DNA of 64,000 bases. It comes from Paragordius varius. Taxonomy: Eukaryota; Animalia; Nematomorpha. This document shows, one piece after another, positions 61,669 through 64,000 of the stretch (position 1 is the stretch's first letter; each line of letters begins with the position of its first letter). The position numbers were made by a program, and so were the translations under genes. The stretch lies in NCBI GenBank assembly GCA_964247055.1, contig OZ176052.1, positions 9,796,001 to 9,860,000 on the forward strand. The letters are read 5' to 3'. The notes below the pieces were generated by a model that saw nothing but the letters and a program-made list of their open reading frames with translations, was not told where the DNA came from and did not search any database.

Positions 61669-63924
61669 ATGACTCAAATTGCTTATTTATCAACTGAGAA
61701 AAAAGCTGAATTGTCGCGCATTGCTAATGAAATCGTGAAAAAGGGCAAAGGGATTCTCGCAGCCGATGAAAGCACGGGTAAATTTTAATTTTTTCTACTC
61801 ATTTTTAACAGTTCTTTTTTATTCCAAGGCTTAATTTATAGCATTCAGGCTTATATAGATGAGTCGCAAAAATTTTCCAATTATATTACCGTTTAAGATT
61901 ATAATCAATCAAATTCGAACTAAATTTTGTAATTTACACATGGGAAGGTCATATTGAAATATCCCTTTTTGTTTTGAGTCCAACAGCACTGTTCCAGTTC
62001 TCCTCCTTCCATTTCCATCAAAATTATTAGCAATTCCATATTACTTCAAATTTTGTATTCTTATATAATATTAAAATCATAATGAATTGGATTTATAATA
62101 AAAATTCCTAAATTGATTTTAGCACTCTTTAAAATGACTATTCAGAATTCTAGCCGAATTCAAGAAAAATCATCAAAATGCAGTGTTTTTTGTTAATATA
62201 TTTAAATGTGTTGTAATTGTCCATTTTTGCAATTGCTATAATTTCAAGGTCACAAATATCAACATTTTAATATGTTTATGAAATAATGAAAAACAACGCG
62301 TTTTGGCACAAATTATAATTGTATAAAACCGTTTTAAAAACCGCGCATATACAAGTGTTTGCAGTCTGTTTTGTCAAGGTTTGCAATCGATTTAAATTAA
62401 TTGTCAAAAAAAAAAATTTAACGAATGCATTTGGTTTATAAGAGCTCAAATAGAAAGATTTTCCTTTATCGGTTTAATCATATTTTGTAATGTCTCCATT
62501 ATAACTATAAAATTTATTGTGGCTGAATTAAAACTGTTATAGAGATGGTTTTACACTAGTTTTAATGGTATAGAAAATTTACTTAACTCTTTATTTAAAA
62601 AAATTCTAAAAAAAACTAAAAACCATCATATTCCTTTCAATTTTTTATTTTTATAAACAGGTACAATGGGTAAAAGATTGGCCAAAATAAATGTTGAAAA
62701 TACGGAAAATAATCGAAGACTTTTCCGCCAACTTTTGTTCACTTGTCCGAGTGTGATGGCAGATTCCATTAGTGCCGTTATTCTATTCCACGAAACTTTG
62801 TATCAATCGGCCGATGATGGAACACCATTTGTTAAATTGTTACAAGATAAAGGTAATCATGGTTTAATACACAAACATTGGATTATTTTATTTTTTATTA
62901 TATTTATAATTTTAGGTATTATACCTGGCATAAAAGTTGATAAGGGTACAGTCATCCTTGGTGGTACAGATGAAGAAACTACAACACAAGGTATTTATTT
63001 ATTAAATCAAAAACAGATTAATTATTTTTACAAAATTTTAATTAATCTTTCAATTCAGTTTTTTATAAATATAAAATTTTTTAATAAATATACCACCAAG
63101 GTTTGGATGGGTTGGCCGAAAGATGTGCCCAATATTATAAGGACGGTTGTCGCTTTGCTAAGTGGAGATGTGTCCTTAAAATTGGTCCACACACTCCCAC
63201 ACAATTAGCTATCATGGAAAATGCCAATGTTTTAGCTCGTTATGCTAGCATTTGTCAACAGGTTTATATACCAAAACTATTTTAATGTACCTGTGGGCTC
63301 CCTTTCACTAAAATGATCCCGGCATGGGATAAAATATGAGTCATTAGTTATATCATGACCAATTTTTGAATTTCAATATTTAATCATCAATAAAAATATT
63401 TCAATTAATTGGTGTATTATGTGGGTTCCATACTACCCACCAATTAGTAATGTATACGAAGGTTTTCTCAACTTTGAATTATTATAACTTAAAAACCTAC
63501 ATGGGAGTCCCACTGTTTGCAAAAACACGATTAATCTTAAAGATAAATTCCTCTATTTGAACATTAATATTTATCCAATATTATAAAAATGTATCCTGTA
63601 TTAAACAGAATGGATTGGTTCCCATAGTTGAACCCGAAATCTTGCCTGATGGAGATCATGATATTACTCGTTGTCAAGAAGTTACAGAAGCCGTTTTATC
63701 TGCCGTATATAAGGCTTTACAGGATCATCATGTATACTTGGAAGGAACGCTTCTAAAACCAAATATGGTAACCCCAGGGATGCAATACACCGGTCACAAC
63801 AACATAGCATCCAAAGGAATAACTAATGGGGCAACGCATAATGGAAACACAAACCTAGAAAGTCACATGATAGGCCGTGCGACTGTTGAAGCACTCCAAA
63901 GAACCGTTCCTGCCGCAGTTCCTG
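61669..63924 (+). CDS. ALDO: Fructose-bisphosphate aldolase class I, 5' part; exons 61669-61777, 62661-62852, 62916-62990, 63101-63261, 63609-63924; continues beyond the window
   Basis: [48 protein letters not shown] and [13 protein letters not shown] are present with catalytic residues intact. Intron phases match (1,1,1,0,1). Confidence 0.97.
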
Positions 63925-64000
63925 GTATTATCTTCATTTTAATGAATAATAGCTAAAAATCAGCGAGAGAAAAAAGTTTTTTTTGAATTTTATGACAAGT

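Noticed and set aside
62666-63208. ORF 62666-63208 as a continuous aldolase CDS
   Set aside because: It reads through a 63-nt in-frame intron and a 110-nt intron, drifting out of the aldolase frame.
63793-63858. Aldolase insertion as an in-frame intron
   Set aside because: GT-AG is present, but there is no pyrimidine tract, the composition is exon-like, and removal would leave the loop shorter than normal. Not fully excluded.

Overview
Very AT-rich, intron-containing animal genomic DNA; the species cannot be determined from the sequence. I recognise no rRNA, tRNA or CRISPR array. All exon models were built by hand from GT-AG signals and reading-frame continuity, with no transcript or database support. 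Gene order: (1) 3' part of a divergent class C (mGluR-like) GPCR (+, 4-2803) with one in-frame TAA between the cysteine-rich domain and TM1; (2) two-domain GNAT acetyltransferase (-, 9456-4017); (3) complete 18-exon SLC20/PiT phosphate transporter (+, 17225-28935); (4) tentative secreted FN3-like gene (+, ~29849-34141); (5) a ~24 kb orphan secreted-protein gene (+, 35177-~59357) built from ~40 symmetric phase-1 exons, most of them micro-exons (9-63 nt), several separated by only 25-45 nt and almost all invisible to the ORF track; (6) 5' part of class I fructose-bisphosphate aldolase (+, 61669 onward). Introns carry many non-autonomous DNA elements: hAT-type MITEs, Tc1-like MITEs, a CACT-ended palindromic element, a Helitron, and a foldback family with TATACCATTT ends and 21-bp subrepeats whose copies all lie inside gene 5. 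The micro-exon gene with its ultra-short introns is the most unusual system here.
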